From the NCBI GenBank assembly GCA_964035545.1, contig OZ037765.1, positions 16,244,995 through 16,308,994 of the forward strand: a stretch of 64,000 nucleotides of DNA. The letters are read 5' to 3'. The stretch's first letter is position 1. Each line of letters starts with the position of its first letter. Origin of the DNA: Bugula neritina. Its lineage: Eukaryota; Animalia; Bryozoa. The translations under genes were made by a program, and so were the position numbers. The notes under the pieces were generated by a model, which ran no database searches, was not told the DNA's origin, and worked only from the letters and a program-made list of their open reading frames with translations. Shown one piece after another: positions 1-12,475 of the stretch.

Positions 1-1259
1 CTTTTAGCAAAGAATTTTAATAGCATTTTTTGATTAGAAATATAAAACACCATGATACATAATTAATGTAGTATATAATTTTGACTCTTCATTTCCATTT
101 TTATCAAATTTTGGTTATTGAATAGAAAATCCTTCATTTTATTTTTATTTGTTTTTTTTTGTCTTTCAACCTGCTTCTTTGTATTTTTGTATCTCAATTC
201 TATCACTAGGTAGAGTTACATTCCTATAGCTGATCATATTAAAAGTAAAAAATAACGTACTTCCACAACATTTATAGCAGATGATAATATTTAGGGCTAT
301 ATGGAAACTACAGAAGTTTAGAGTAAGATGAAACTTAGTGAGGTGTGAGTAGAGATTTTGACATATAAACATTTTTGTTAACAATTTCATGCTTTGTAGT
401 TGTTGAAAATAAATTTTGAAGTTAATTTGAGTTATTAGGCATTGGTCTGTCATATGTATACAGTATAATGTTGTACTTCCAAATCCTCGACCTCACATAT
501 CAAAATAAATATACATGCCAAGGTATTTAGACATCAAATTTTAGATTAGATTATCATTAATGTTTTTTGATTTAATCAAAATCACAGGAATCAGGGGAAC
601 TACAGCTAGAAAATAGAAAACTTTCATCACTTCTTTTTCAAAAACTATTTGGAGTTATCTCCATAAGTACTTGTAAGAATAAATGAAGAAATTGTTAAGC
701 AGAAGAAAAAATTTGAGAATAAAAGCTGAAAGATTTTAATTGCAATTATACTATAAAAGCATTAATAAATGATTGTGGTAGATTAATTGAAGCTATTACT
801 CAAAAGTTACATATTTCAGTTTTTTTAAAGTTCAATACCACAATTCAACTTTTAACTTTTTAAACCATTCAAATGTCCAAAACAAGTTCTCACTATTATT
901 GGATATAGTTATTTAGCTATTTAAATTTCATCAAGTTTATTTTGTCATAGTAAAAGACAACTCCAGATAGCTGGTACTAAAACTTATTTTATGAAAGTGA
1001 TCTATTGAGCAAGACTAAACAATACCTTGTAAATATTGGTGTGTAACCTCCAGTTGCTCTATAGAAAATAATAAACACACAAACTATGTTACAAGTAGCC
1101 ATATCATAAAGAACAGGGAAATATATCATAATATAAGCAATGAAACGAAAAGAAACCTTTGTTTTTATTTTTGTCTCTTGGTATCTCTAACATGCAATAC
1201 ATAATAGATAGAAATTTTAAATCTATAAAGATGACAGTAATTTTTACCAAAAAGAGCAT

Positions 1260-4200
1260 TTAAATTGACTTAGGAGGGTGCCATTTTACTGAACTTAGGC
1301 CTAGGCCCTGAAACTTATTTCTGTTAAAAATGCATCTGTCTAACCAAAGAAAACTACCAAAACATTAAAGAAATATTGGGAAAAATGACCAGCAAAGTAA
1401 CTACATAAATGTGATAGCATGTTGATACTGGAGTACAAAAAAACTATTCAACATAATATTAAGCTCGGCTATAATCTATACTACATTAGTTTTATAATCT
1501 CCACCTAAGAATTGAAAACAACAGCAATATTGTTGACACTTACGGCCTCTTGTAGTCACTGAAACCATATAATCCCATTTCCTCTTCAGGGTTGTGTCCA
1601 GCTTTCCGCTCATTTTCATCAACTGAAAATTAAGCAAAAGACTTCATTTACTTGCATATTATCTAAAAAGTACTAGAAGTCTAATGATGGACATGAAAAA
1701 ATTCAGCAAGCTCTATTCGATGTGGGACTATCTACAAAGTTATTTGTTTTCTATTTCAAATTAATAAATATATAATATGTTTATCAATATGAATAAAGTC
1801 AAAACTTTTAGTGACCATCAGCAAGGTTTGAATTGCTGGACTGTGGTGTGTTATTTTAAGTATTAGAGTGATTTGTTTTCCTTTTAATAATCTACACAAT
1901 TATTGCTGCTACCACTTTCACTTAGCATACCACTTTTAGTTGCTAAGGAGGGTTTGTGTGCATTTCTCTACATAATCATCAGCCACTCCTAAATGTGTTC
2001 TTTGTTTTTTTATTTACTTTTCTCTGATTGGGATGAAGAATATTTAGCCACAAACAAATCTTTTCAGCAGTAAAAAAGTTAAGTCAACATCCAAGATGAC
2101 TGAATTCAATAGAAATCAATGGCTGATCTAATTATTGATGAAGTTCAAAGGCTTGCAAGCACATCACCGGTTTTAACAGATAAGTGCTAATATCCTTGCA
2201 CAGGAAAAGCAATTTAAGTTTATTGGCCTCATGATTGTATGGAATCTCTTTGAATTTGAATCATCAGATATTTATGGTTTTATGTATTTCATAGATCACT
2301 ACACAAGGAGGAAGGAGGCCTTTTCACCAAGTCTTGACATTTCGAATAGCTAGTAGTTTTGTTTAAACAAGTTGTAGCCATTTTTTCTAGAACACAGCTC
2401 TATTTATTTCTAAGCTAATGTCGTAGTTCTCTCGGCTAATAAAATGTATCTATATTGAAACTGCAGGTGTCTTACCATAGTAGTTTTCACCTTGATGTTG
2501 ACGAACACAGCAAGCTATGAGTATGAATATAAGTATAACAAAAAACACAGCTACTATTACTCCAATGAGCCACCAATCCTGAAATCCTGCAGTAACCACA
2601 GTTGTTGATGAGCCTTCTAAAATCAAAAAGTCATTAACTCAACTTCCTGTTTTAAACAAATTCATTAAGAATCATCGACACAGTTTTAGTTTAAAAAATG
2701 CTTTTTGGTAAAAAAAATCACTGTTTATTTTTATTCAACTTATCAGCAACTGGTTGATCCACAGTTATGCAAGAAGAAAAATTATAGTTTTCGTTTTGTT
2801 ATTTTGACACCTAATATGGCTAAAGCTGCCTCAAGCTAAGGAAGAGCATATTAGTAGGAGCAGTTTCCCAGCAACAACTCAACAATAATTTTAAGCATTC
2901 AGTGCATATAATATGCAATATACTTATACTACCAATACTCGCAATATAAAATAATATTGGGCTAAATATAAAGCAATTGAAGTAGTAATTGGTATTAACA
3001 AATCTAGGTTAGGTGAACTTTTGAAATTAAGATATTTTCTATTTAATTTTGATCAAATATTATTAAATACAAATTAACACAAACTATTTTAATGTTTAGA
3101 TCTTCATTTTCCTGCTCAGAATTATTTGGTCCTTTACTAGCCTAATAATATACAGAGTGGAATCTTACTCTCAATAACCAAACTCGTGTTATCAATTGAC
3201 AGCTGTCTCAGCACTGGATCAATTAATATGTAGTCAGGAAGCAAAATAATGGAAAGGATACAAAATTTTGTTAAATGCAGCTGAATTAGATGCATCAAAT
3301 CTAAATGCACTATTGATTTAAATAAATATTTGGGGTAGTTTCTGTCAGCAAATTCATTTTTCCTCTGCGATTTGTTTTGTCATGAAAAGATAAAAACAGT
3401 TGAGTGATTGCTGATGACCTGCTGTAAACATAGAATTATTCTATAAGCAGCTCCGAGTTGGGGGTGAATGAGTGCAGTAGTTTAAAGATCTTGAGTTTAG
3501 AGTTGAAGGTTTAGCAAAACCTCTCCCATTTTAAACTCGAGAACAGCTAACTGCTGCAAAAAAGTGTAAGCTGCTACCGTATGCATAGAGATCCAAAACA
3601 CTGAAATCTGAATTCCCACCTAAATAATTGAATAACAACTTCGATACTAACTTTTAGCTACATCAAAAGGTATCTTCAAACTTTCATAAGACAAAAGTGT
3701 ATCATTTCCATAGAATTTCATGTTGATGACACACCACCAAACACCACCAATGATAGACTTTTGCACAGTTGAATCCAAGTAATCAAACTTGAGAGTTGAA
3801 TACACAGTTCTGTTTTTCCTGTCAAACTTGTAGGTAATAGTCTACAATATATTTTAGTAAATTATCAATTTTCAGTCCAATTATACTGAGCAATGCACAT
3901 AATATTTGATTGATAGATTATTATACATTATCATTTGAATTCTAACCCAGCTAAAAAATGTTAGTAATGTACATCTACATCTATATTTTACTCTATTGCT
4001 GAACAGATTTCTCTTTAAATGTTCTCTGAGTGATAATTGTGTTTAGCTCTCCTGAGATGAAAATATATAAAATAATGTTAAACGAAAGTAGTTCACACTA
4101 ACATGTCATTTACTTTTTGCTTGTTGTTATAGAACAAGTTGACACATGAGAATAGGTTATGCCTTTATACACACATAATTAGCAATTCAATTACACTGGA

Positions 4201-7200
4201 ACAACTAAATAGATGACAAGCTATTCATGAAATAAGACTCTTTGTTTGTAGACAAATATTAACCGGCTTTCCATGTACCGATCTCAGCGAGATCGATCCA
4301 TGGAAAGACGCCAAAGATCGATCTCCGTCGATCTGAGCTGGTCGGTCTGTGGAGCTCGAACTCAGATCGATCTCATGTCAATAAGACCATGGAAAGACGT
4401 CAGATCGATCTGAGAAGTAGAAAAAGACTGCGCGCTACAATGTTGTCTGCTAATAAAAATGATAACTTATTGATAATTACTAAGCAAAGCATTAAATAAT
4501 CATGATAACCACTTTTTCAGATGCCAAAACTTTGACTTTCAGTACAATGATTAAAAAAACTCAATTATATGCAGTAGAAGGTAAGAAAATGGGAAAATTT
4601 AAATTGAATTTAAATGACCATCAAAACTTAGTCTCATTAGCTATTTTCTTTGTAATTTTAAGCCTAACAGCCCTGTAAGTTTATTAATAATCTGCAAGAC
4701 AGCCATTAATGTTATATAAGCTGTCAAGCTAAAAAAATTAAAATTAATTATTTTAAATTGGCCAAATTACCATACACTGAAAGCTTTGCTGCGTATAGTT
4801 TATAGCTGGGATTAATTTTTAGACTACTACCATCTTGTTTTCAACAGTAGTAGCTTTAATCACTCAAATAAGTGAACAAATTATACTTTTAAAGTATCCT
4901 TCATTTAAGAGGAGGCAACTTCGCGAGATCGATCTGACACTCTCATGGAAAAACGATCGATCTGAGCACACTTTTCAGATCGATCTCAGCGAGATCGATC
5001 TGAGATCGGTACATGGAAAGCCCGTGATTGTCTCATTTGTTACCTGTTCTACAAGTCAAAGTTCATTACATAACAAGCCAAAAACTGCTGGAGTTAAAAT
5101 GGTGCCAATGTCAACACTCTTCAAGAAACTATGAATATCCATTTTCTCAGACTATAATTCTACAGTGCATTTATCTACAAGCAACTTGGGAATTTTCTGT
5201 TGAGCTGCAGACTCTATATAGCTTACATGAATGCTATAACCCCTAAACTGCCTATGTAGCCTATATAACCCCTAAACTGCCTATGTAGCCTATAACTTTA
5301 AGGCAAATGCACAAAGTAATTTTTTGTTCAGAGAGGTTTTTGGTAGTAATAATTAGCAGCTGCTTATTCTAAAATCAAAACAAATTAAGTTGAATTTAGC
5401 TCAATTTTATAAGCAAAAACAATAACATCGTGCAAGCCTATAAACTGACACGGTTTCATCCCAGATAGACGCTTCCCAGTTAGACGATAGACCAAATTTC
5501 CCACTTAGGCATTTCCCACTTGGGCGCTTCTGAGTTAGACACTATCTTTTATTTTGGTGCAATTACATATAGTAACATACCTGTATAAATGTTGCATTGA
5601 TTACTAAATAGTTATAGCTTATAATAATATAAATTATCTGAAATAATATTTCCATTTTCATGGATATGTGTATGGAAAAAAGCAGTAATAAATTAATAAT
5701 TGATATGATCATTAACGAATACTTATCAACAAAATATCTTTTTAAACAACAAGAAGTATAGTAAATGCAAAATTAAGAGGTTAATGCAGATCAAAGGAAT
5801 TTATTTATATGTGCTAAATAACAAGCAATTGATCCAATTTTATTTAAATATACATATATTTCAAGAATATTCAAATAAATTGCACATAGAATATATATTG
5901 TACCAAAATAATAAATAGCGTCTAACTGGGAAGCGTCCAAGTGGGAAACGCCTAAGTGGGAAATTTAGTTTATCATCTAACTGGGAAGCATTTATCTGGG
6001 ATGACACCACCCACATTAGGACTGGTTAAGCTTTCTTTTAGTTTTAGAAGAACTTTGAAAAAAAAAATTGTTGACATCGACCAAACATTACAAACCTATG
6101 CTAAACAAAGACCTTAATTTCTACACGTAAAAGTTTTCTCACCCTAATTCCAATGTTATGTTTCCCAGTAAGTTGTTCCCCCTGTAGTTTGGTGTGATTT
6201 GACATCCAATGTACAGTAGCTTCTATCACCTTTGGGTCAAGGACTGCTTGGCAATGAAACAATAGGTTCTCCTCTGTGTAGTTTTTTGAGATATAGTGAC
6301 CACCTTCAGGGCTTATAGTAATGTTAGGTTTTGCTAAAGAAGAAGCAATTGTAGTTTACAAAAGTCACCAATATGCTAATGCAAATTGCAATACACTTTT
6401 GGGATAACTGGCCCTTTCAGAATGATTTGTGATTATTTCTGCACAGGAAAATACCTATGGGCAAATTTTTTCAGATAATAAAAAATAACTGCTTGTATTA
6501 TTCGTTGAGCTGCATATTTTTTCTGTCTTGAGCAAGTAGCGATTTTTGGCCACAAATTGATTAACTTGGCAATGACATAGCTCAACTAAATGCTGGACTG
6601 CTAAACATCAGCTTATAATGCTTCTTGGTTTGAAATGTGGGCGAAACTTGCTGATTCAAAAACACATTCCAAAACTTTAAAACAACATATAAGTAGCCAG
6701 TTTAGAGTTTTTATTGAGCAGTTTATTCTAAGCATAATAGAAACTGCCCGTATTGTATCAGCTGACACATCTACATACAGTGACATGGCTGCAGCATTTA
6801 GCTCAACGTTTTCCGCATAGTTTAATTTTTTCATAGCACAAACTCTTACTGCATTCCTATGCCGTTTAGCAATGTTCAGTTAATGTGTCTAGCCCGCTCG
6901 GACTACATGCAGACAATCTGCTTAGCCCAAAAAGGGGCTGTTGTGTGCGGATTTTTATGCGAACAACATGCTGAGCAGAGAGTGCAGAAAGCTCGTGTAA
7001 GTTTGATCTAATTGGCTGATTTCCATTATAGCGAGCAAACCTTTTGAATTTCACTTTGCGTTAGGATTTTTAGTGAATTGAATTAAAACACTTTTCAATA
7101 GTTTGCATTTCAGCTTTTATAATATCTAAAGTCACTTTGCTGATGTCGTAGATTTAAAAACAAATGCCTGTAGGCAAGCAGGGAAGTTAATAACACCAAA

Positions 7201-10200
7201 ATCATTAGCTAATAAATTTCCTCACCCACAACCAACGCATTGTGTGTGACAGGTTGTTCTCGGATTTTCAAGCACTTGAACCCACATGCAGAAAATGTGT
7301 CAGCCTAGCCTTAATATGGTCACAACAAACGCAAACACACTCTGCATTTTTGTTATACAGAACTTAAAGTACTCATACATAACTATAAAGTAAAAACTAC
7401 ATAAATTTTTTCACATCACATGTTTTGCAAATTACTGTTGTGAATTCAGGCGAAAGAAGGTGATAAAACTACAAATTGTTTTGAGTAACTCACAGAACAC
7501 GTTCAATTGTGCTGAATTAAACATGACGCCAGCATCATTGGTAGCAATGCATGCAATCATAGCAGAGTCATTTCTTTGTACATTCATGAACTTTACTGAA
7601 TCTCTACCACCTGCAAGTATAATAAGGTCTCAATTAATTTAATATTCTAATGCTATTATGTAAAACAACGATGAGTGGATAGTTTATTTTGGGCTTTAAC
7701 AACTAGAGTTAGCTTTGAAGTACACTTGAAATATTTCTTATTCAAAGCTCACAGTTTTATGTACATGATGAAATAAACAAGAAAGGGGGCAGCTGTGATC
7801 TGGGAAGTAGAGCGTTTGCCTAGTAAGCACGTTTGCCTAGTAAGCACGAAGTCATGGGTTCGAACCCTTACAAAGGCCATTGGTGATGTTAGGAAGAACA
7901 TCCAGTCATAATTGCTTCTGTGCCCCATCTGAATAAGTCCTTAGCCGATAAAGGATGGCAACTATAAACTTCCGTGAGGTTTTTTCATGAAATAAACAAG
8001 AAAGGGAGTTTTAAAAATGTTTGAATCCTTATAACAATTACCAGATGGTTATAAACTATTTTTTGTAACTTATTGTTCAATTCTATCTAAGTTCTTATGG
8101 CTGATTTGCAAGGATTTAGTTATTAATATAACTTTTGGTAACTAACAGTGAAACTGCCTCTACCCCAAGTATAACTATCTTTAATGACGTACATTGTAAT
8201 CTTAAATCTTCTTCTTATCATTTTCAAGGTATAGAAAGTATTGGTAGGTAGTGCAGGCTATTAAAAATAACTGTAAAATGGTTTCTTAAAACACTTACTG
8301 TTATATGTTTGTCCATTCACATAATATGTTAGTTTAGTTTTAGGCATTTTAGCACTGCAAGAAAAATCAACATTTTTTCCAACTTCCACAATCCTATCTT
8401 TCATGTCACCAACGTACAACTTTGGATACTGCTTTACAATCACCTGGTAAATAAAGACCAAATTTCTATACAAATTTATCTTCATACTGTTTGAATTTTT
8501 TAAATAAAAACTTTTTACCACCCTATTTATTCAAAAATTTTAACCATCCAGTTATTTCATTAAAACTGAAGTTCTCCTTCTAACAAACAGGAAGGATAAT
8601 ACAACAAATGATCATATTACATACTATATATAACATGCAATGGTGTTAATATGTCTAATTTATATTGCTTTTTATGACAGCCCAGGTTTAAAACATCAAT
8701 TTTTCAACACATGCACTGATACTGGCTATAAAATAGTACAGTTGGTACGTGAATAACACAAAAAGCTTAACAATTCTGCATTTTGTACAGGTGTATTAAA
8801 AGCCACTATTTGTACTCAGTATTTCTTAGAGGAAGTCAGATATAAAGTATTATAAGTTGAATCATTAAAAAATATGTTTGAATTCTACATATTTAACACA
8901 AATGACAGAATTTATTGAAATAAAGTTCAGCGTACCACAATTTTTCATCAGATTAATAGTGGGGCATTCTTGATTTCAACATATTTTACAAGCTGATTCA
9001 AGTTGATAAACATATTATCTTTGCAAATTCCTACTGTACTAGATATTTTTACATAGGTAAAGTTATGCCAGGTTATAGAAATGTTAGCTGTAATGTATGT
9101 ACAAGAATGAAAGTCAATAGAGCTTACATTTATTCTCCCACTACCCTCTTCAGAGTGATTAGTTTTACAAGTCCAAGTACCAGCTGTTTCTTCATAAGCC
9201 GTGAAGTAGACTGTGTTGCCTTTTACTTTAGCGGTTATTGAATTTGATTTGTTAGTGAGTAAGAGACCAGCAGGTGTGTACCAAATGGGAACAGGAGATG
9301 TATTTGAAACACCACTTCTACAGGTCAAAGTAGAAAAAATTCCATTTATCATTTGTTTGTAAGTCTACAAACACTAGGATAATTTATTATTTTATTTTCT
9401 ATGTTGGCAAATTTTGTGCTACTAAGTATCCTTTTAATGCTATAAAATAATTTATCATTGTAGTAGTCACATCTCAACTTCTATTTAAAATCAACCTCTA
9501 TCAGCACATCCTTAAATTGATATATTTGCAGGCAGATGGGAAAAGAAGGAAACATTATGTACAATATTTACCCCCCTCCAAAGATGCAGGTTAATGAACA
9601 AGTTTCTTGTTCTAAACAAGTTACAGTCCGGTCTGCTAAGCTAACAGGGTACATCAGGCGAACAGGTGGTTTCACACTGTTAGTGTTGACCGAAAGCCTA
9701 TGTCGACTAACACTGTGTTGCTCTGGGGAGTCCCCAATACTCATTGTACACTGGTACTGTGGATCCGTGTCTCCATCACCTGTCCGATCTCCATCAATAA
9801 GATAGGTGAAAAATAAATCTCCTGCAAAACGAATACAAGAAAAATAGTAAAGCCAACCAAAAGTGAGCATTTGACAATATTTTTGTGTAATCCTAGGTTT
9901 CAGTTTTTGAGTTGCTAAAAGGGTATTTGTACAGTTATTAAATATTGTGTGTACTACCAGCCTAGTTCTATACTGATAACTCAAAAAAAGTTTTGTTGTG
10001 GGCAATAGGCCAGCTGACAATAAACTGACAACTTTTTTCTACTTGCCAGACAATTTAAGTTTGTCATACTACCCTAAATATGTGGTTTGTTACCTGTTCT
10101 AGGATCAATTTTTATTCTGTCTCCATATTCTATAGACACAAGCCTGTCACCATCATTAATTCGATTAGGAGCGTATATAGCCCATTGAAAAGAGGCTAGA

Positions 10201-12475
10201 TCATAGTTTAATAAATCCGCTGGAATCAATTCCATTTGATCAAGATCCACACAAGGCAGTCGAAAAGGCTCTGACAGCAGCCCTTTTTGCAGTTTAATAT
10301 CCGGAAGGTTACTGTATTTCCCTTGAACTCCTGGAAGGTTTACGAGTAATCACCTCATTAATGTTAAGTAATGACAGGCTCAAACTCATTCAAAGGAGCA
10401 AGTTAATACAATATTCAGTGTCTTTTAACAGCCACAGATTTTACAACAAAATATGCAATTATGTCCTACAATATTCATATTTTGGTTAGACATGCCAAAG
10501 CTCTATATTTAATACAGATCATAAAATATCACTCAATTCTATAAGGTAATTCAATTTAGCTACATGAAAGAGAAGGTGTCACTTAATGTAAAGAAACAGC
10601 AGCACATGATAGGAAGCTCACCGGGTATAATCAGTCTTATAGGTGGAGTCTCTACCATGTAACCAAATCTGTTAGTTGCCACACATTTATAGTATCCATT
10701 CATGTTAGTTTTCTGCCTCTTATCTACTACATTTCTATCACTGACTACTCTAACTAACTCATTAGTTTTAGCATCTTGTTCAGTTGGTTCCATAAGTATA
10801 GCACTAGGTATGCTCTGGTTGAAGGGTCCTTGTAACAGCTGTGAGTATCGCCATACAACCACATCTGCATTCTTTACAGAGCATATTATTGTGTTGTGCA
10901 ACTGGGTGACATTTCCCAGGAGAATGAGATTTTTGGGATCATCCATTTTTGCAGGGAGAGTGAATATCGGTGGTGCATCATGTTGACTAGGCTGAATGCT
11001 ACACGCTGAGAAAGAAATAACAGATATATATAAACTGATGTAGAATGTAAAGAGCAGACACACAGCTATATAGTACTTGCATAGGCTGACATACTTATAT
11101 GGCATTGCCAAGCTAGAAATATTGATTAATTTATGCAAGTAATGTTTTCTAAAAAACACTGTGAAGTTGTTTTTGCTACAAAATAAGCTACAAAACTTCA
11201 TAAAAAACGACAAGCATGCTGCTACTATAGATAATTGTATAATATATTGAAAATATTGCCTATTATACAGTTACAAGGTCTTCCAACAGCATGAAACTGT
11301 AAATTATTTTTGTTTTTTTACTTTTAGTAAACAATATTTCTTAAAATATGACGTATGACTGAAACTGGCCAGCATTACCATTTCATATTTATAATTAACT
11401 GACTTTACACTTACCTTTATCTGTTTGTTCTATAGCGGTTATATTACATCATTTACTAATATTTATAACTATTTATAAATTAACCCATAAATTTTCTTTG
11501 CTCAAATACCACAATTATGTTTTGAATTTTCAAAAACAGTTTTCAACTAGCTGAAATTTTTCAATAAATATGTGTATGAAGCTAAGACTGAATCAATTTT
11601 ATGTAACTTAAAGGGTAGTCCTTTGGAAATATGAAACTTGAGTAAAATAAAATGGCATCATGTCAAAGCATCAGTTTATGATGCATGACAAAACTTATAG
11701 GTTAAATAAATGATAACATGAAACTTATTTTAAAATTTAATTTAATTTTATAAGAGGAATGAGAATTGGGGTAGGTCAAAGCATAGGTGGGAAATCATCA
11801 TTTAGGAAAAACCTTGAAGCCTGTGGCGGAAAGCAAGAAGATACTCGACATTGATGGAAATGTCTGGTGGAAATTGTTTTTTGACAAACATCTGCTACCT
11901 GTACAGAACAAGGTGAACAGGGTGAAAATTTCTCTATTTCACGATAATAACTTGAAGCTGAACACCACATCACCATCAACAATGATCTTACTAGCAAATG
12001 TAAACTTAAATCTTTTCTATTAAAATCTGCAATTTCTGCACTTTTGCTAAGATGAGACTATTTCAATACAGTGGCACATGAATACAACTCTTTGACTGTA
12101 TGTGATGATTATTAAGTACACATTGAACACAGAAAGATGAAATACTTCATGTGACACTATTGTCACATACTACTATGTTAGCTATTCAATGTTATGTAAT
12201 AGAAATAGTGATAAATAGCAGTTTGAATAAAGCAGAGTTTACTGGAAACTATAATATTATATTATAACTATCTCTTTCTAGGCTGTGGATGCAGATGGCA
12301 AATAAGTATTTGAGATTTGTTTCAACAATGCCAGCAGGTGTGTGCCTACTGTTCTATTGATTTCAACTCTGCACCTTTTGACATTGAGTTATGGTATGTA
12401 GAGTGCTTTGAACTTACCATAAACAAAAGAGGTTAAGAAGTAAAGCAATTGATACCCATTCATTTTACACTCCAT
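1260..12475 (-). CDS. L1CAM/neuroglian-like type I membrane protein: signal peptide, ~5 Ig domains, TM, L1-like juxtamembrane tail, no FnIII. Exons: 12475-12418, 11005-10622, 10330-10094, 9821-9572, 9317-9128, 8443-8299, 7610-7494, 6333-6143, 3841-3652, 3213-3169, 2616-2476, 1622-1544, probable last exon 1320-1260
   Basis: GT-AG exons join in frame. Ig motifs include GYYKCVATNRFG, RIKIDPRTGDLFF, LTCIFGG, GTWTCKT, DSAMIACIATNDAG and FHCQAVLDP..VHW. TM is WWLIGVIVAVFFVILIFILIACCV, followed by RQHQGENYYVDENERKAGHNPEEEMGLYGFSDYKRP, which resembles the neuroglian membrane-proximal tail. The start ATG (12475 or 12463) and the last exon are less certain. Confidence 0.75.
3441..3555. repeat. Degenerate partial copy of the small hairpin element at 62395-62541, opposite orientation
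   Basis: ctataagcagctccgagttgggggtgaatgagtgcagtag...aaactcgagaac aligns by eye with the reverse complement of 62541-62430 (ctataagcagccccgaatcgggggtgactgagtccagtaa...aaacttgagaac). Confidence 0.6.
4265..5022. mobile_element. MITE / non-autonomous DNA transposon with GATC-rich subterminal repeats
   Basis: Perfect 23-bp TIR ggctttccatgtaccgatctcag / ctgagatcggtacatggaaagcc. Multiple (ga)gatcgatc(tc) and catggaaa motifs near both ends, AT-rich core. TSD not resolved. Confidence 0.85.
5236..5296. repeat. 29-bp tandem duplication
   Basis: tataacccctaaactgcctatgtagccta occurs twice in tandem. Confidence 0.85.
5452..6008. mobile_element. MITE with ~95-bp modular TIRs (foldback/MULE-like architecture)
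   Basis: ggtttcatcccagatagacgcttcccagttagacg...cccacttagg at the left mirrors cctaagtggg...tctaactgggaagcatttatctgggatgacacc at the right. The TIRs are built from repeated ttccca(c/g)tt units. No 9-bp TSD seen. Confidence 0.85.
7788..7986 (+). mobile_element. tRNA-derived SINE with 20-bp target-site duplication
   Basis: tRNA-like head with A-box-like sequence and B-box GGTTCGAACCC (~7857-7867). Internal 17-nt tandem duplication gtttgcctagtaagcac. Non-tRNA body ending in a T-run. Flanked by direct repeats atgaaataaacaagaaaggg (7768-7787, 7987-8006). Confidence 0.85.

Noticed and set aside
4265-6008. CRISPR-like short repeats
   Set aside because: Eukaryotic context. The repeats are inverted TIR modules without regular unique spacers or cas genes.
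7788-7870. Possible tRNA gene
   Set aside because: The anticodon arm is duplicated, there is no proper acceptor stem, and the non-tRNA body and TSD indicate a SINE.
11750-12020. Coding-like ORFs in intron 1 of the Ig gene, perhaps an RTE 3' remnant
   Set aside because: Motif similarity is too weak to call by eye.
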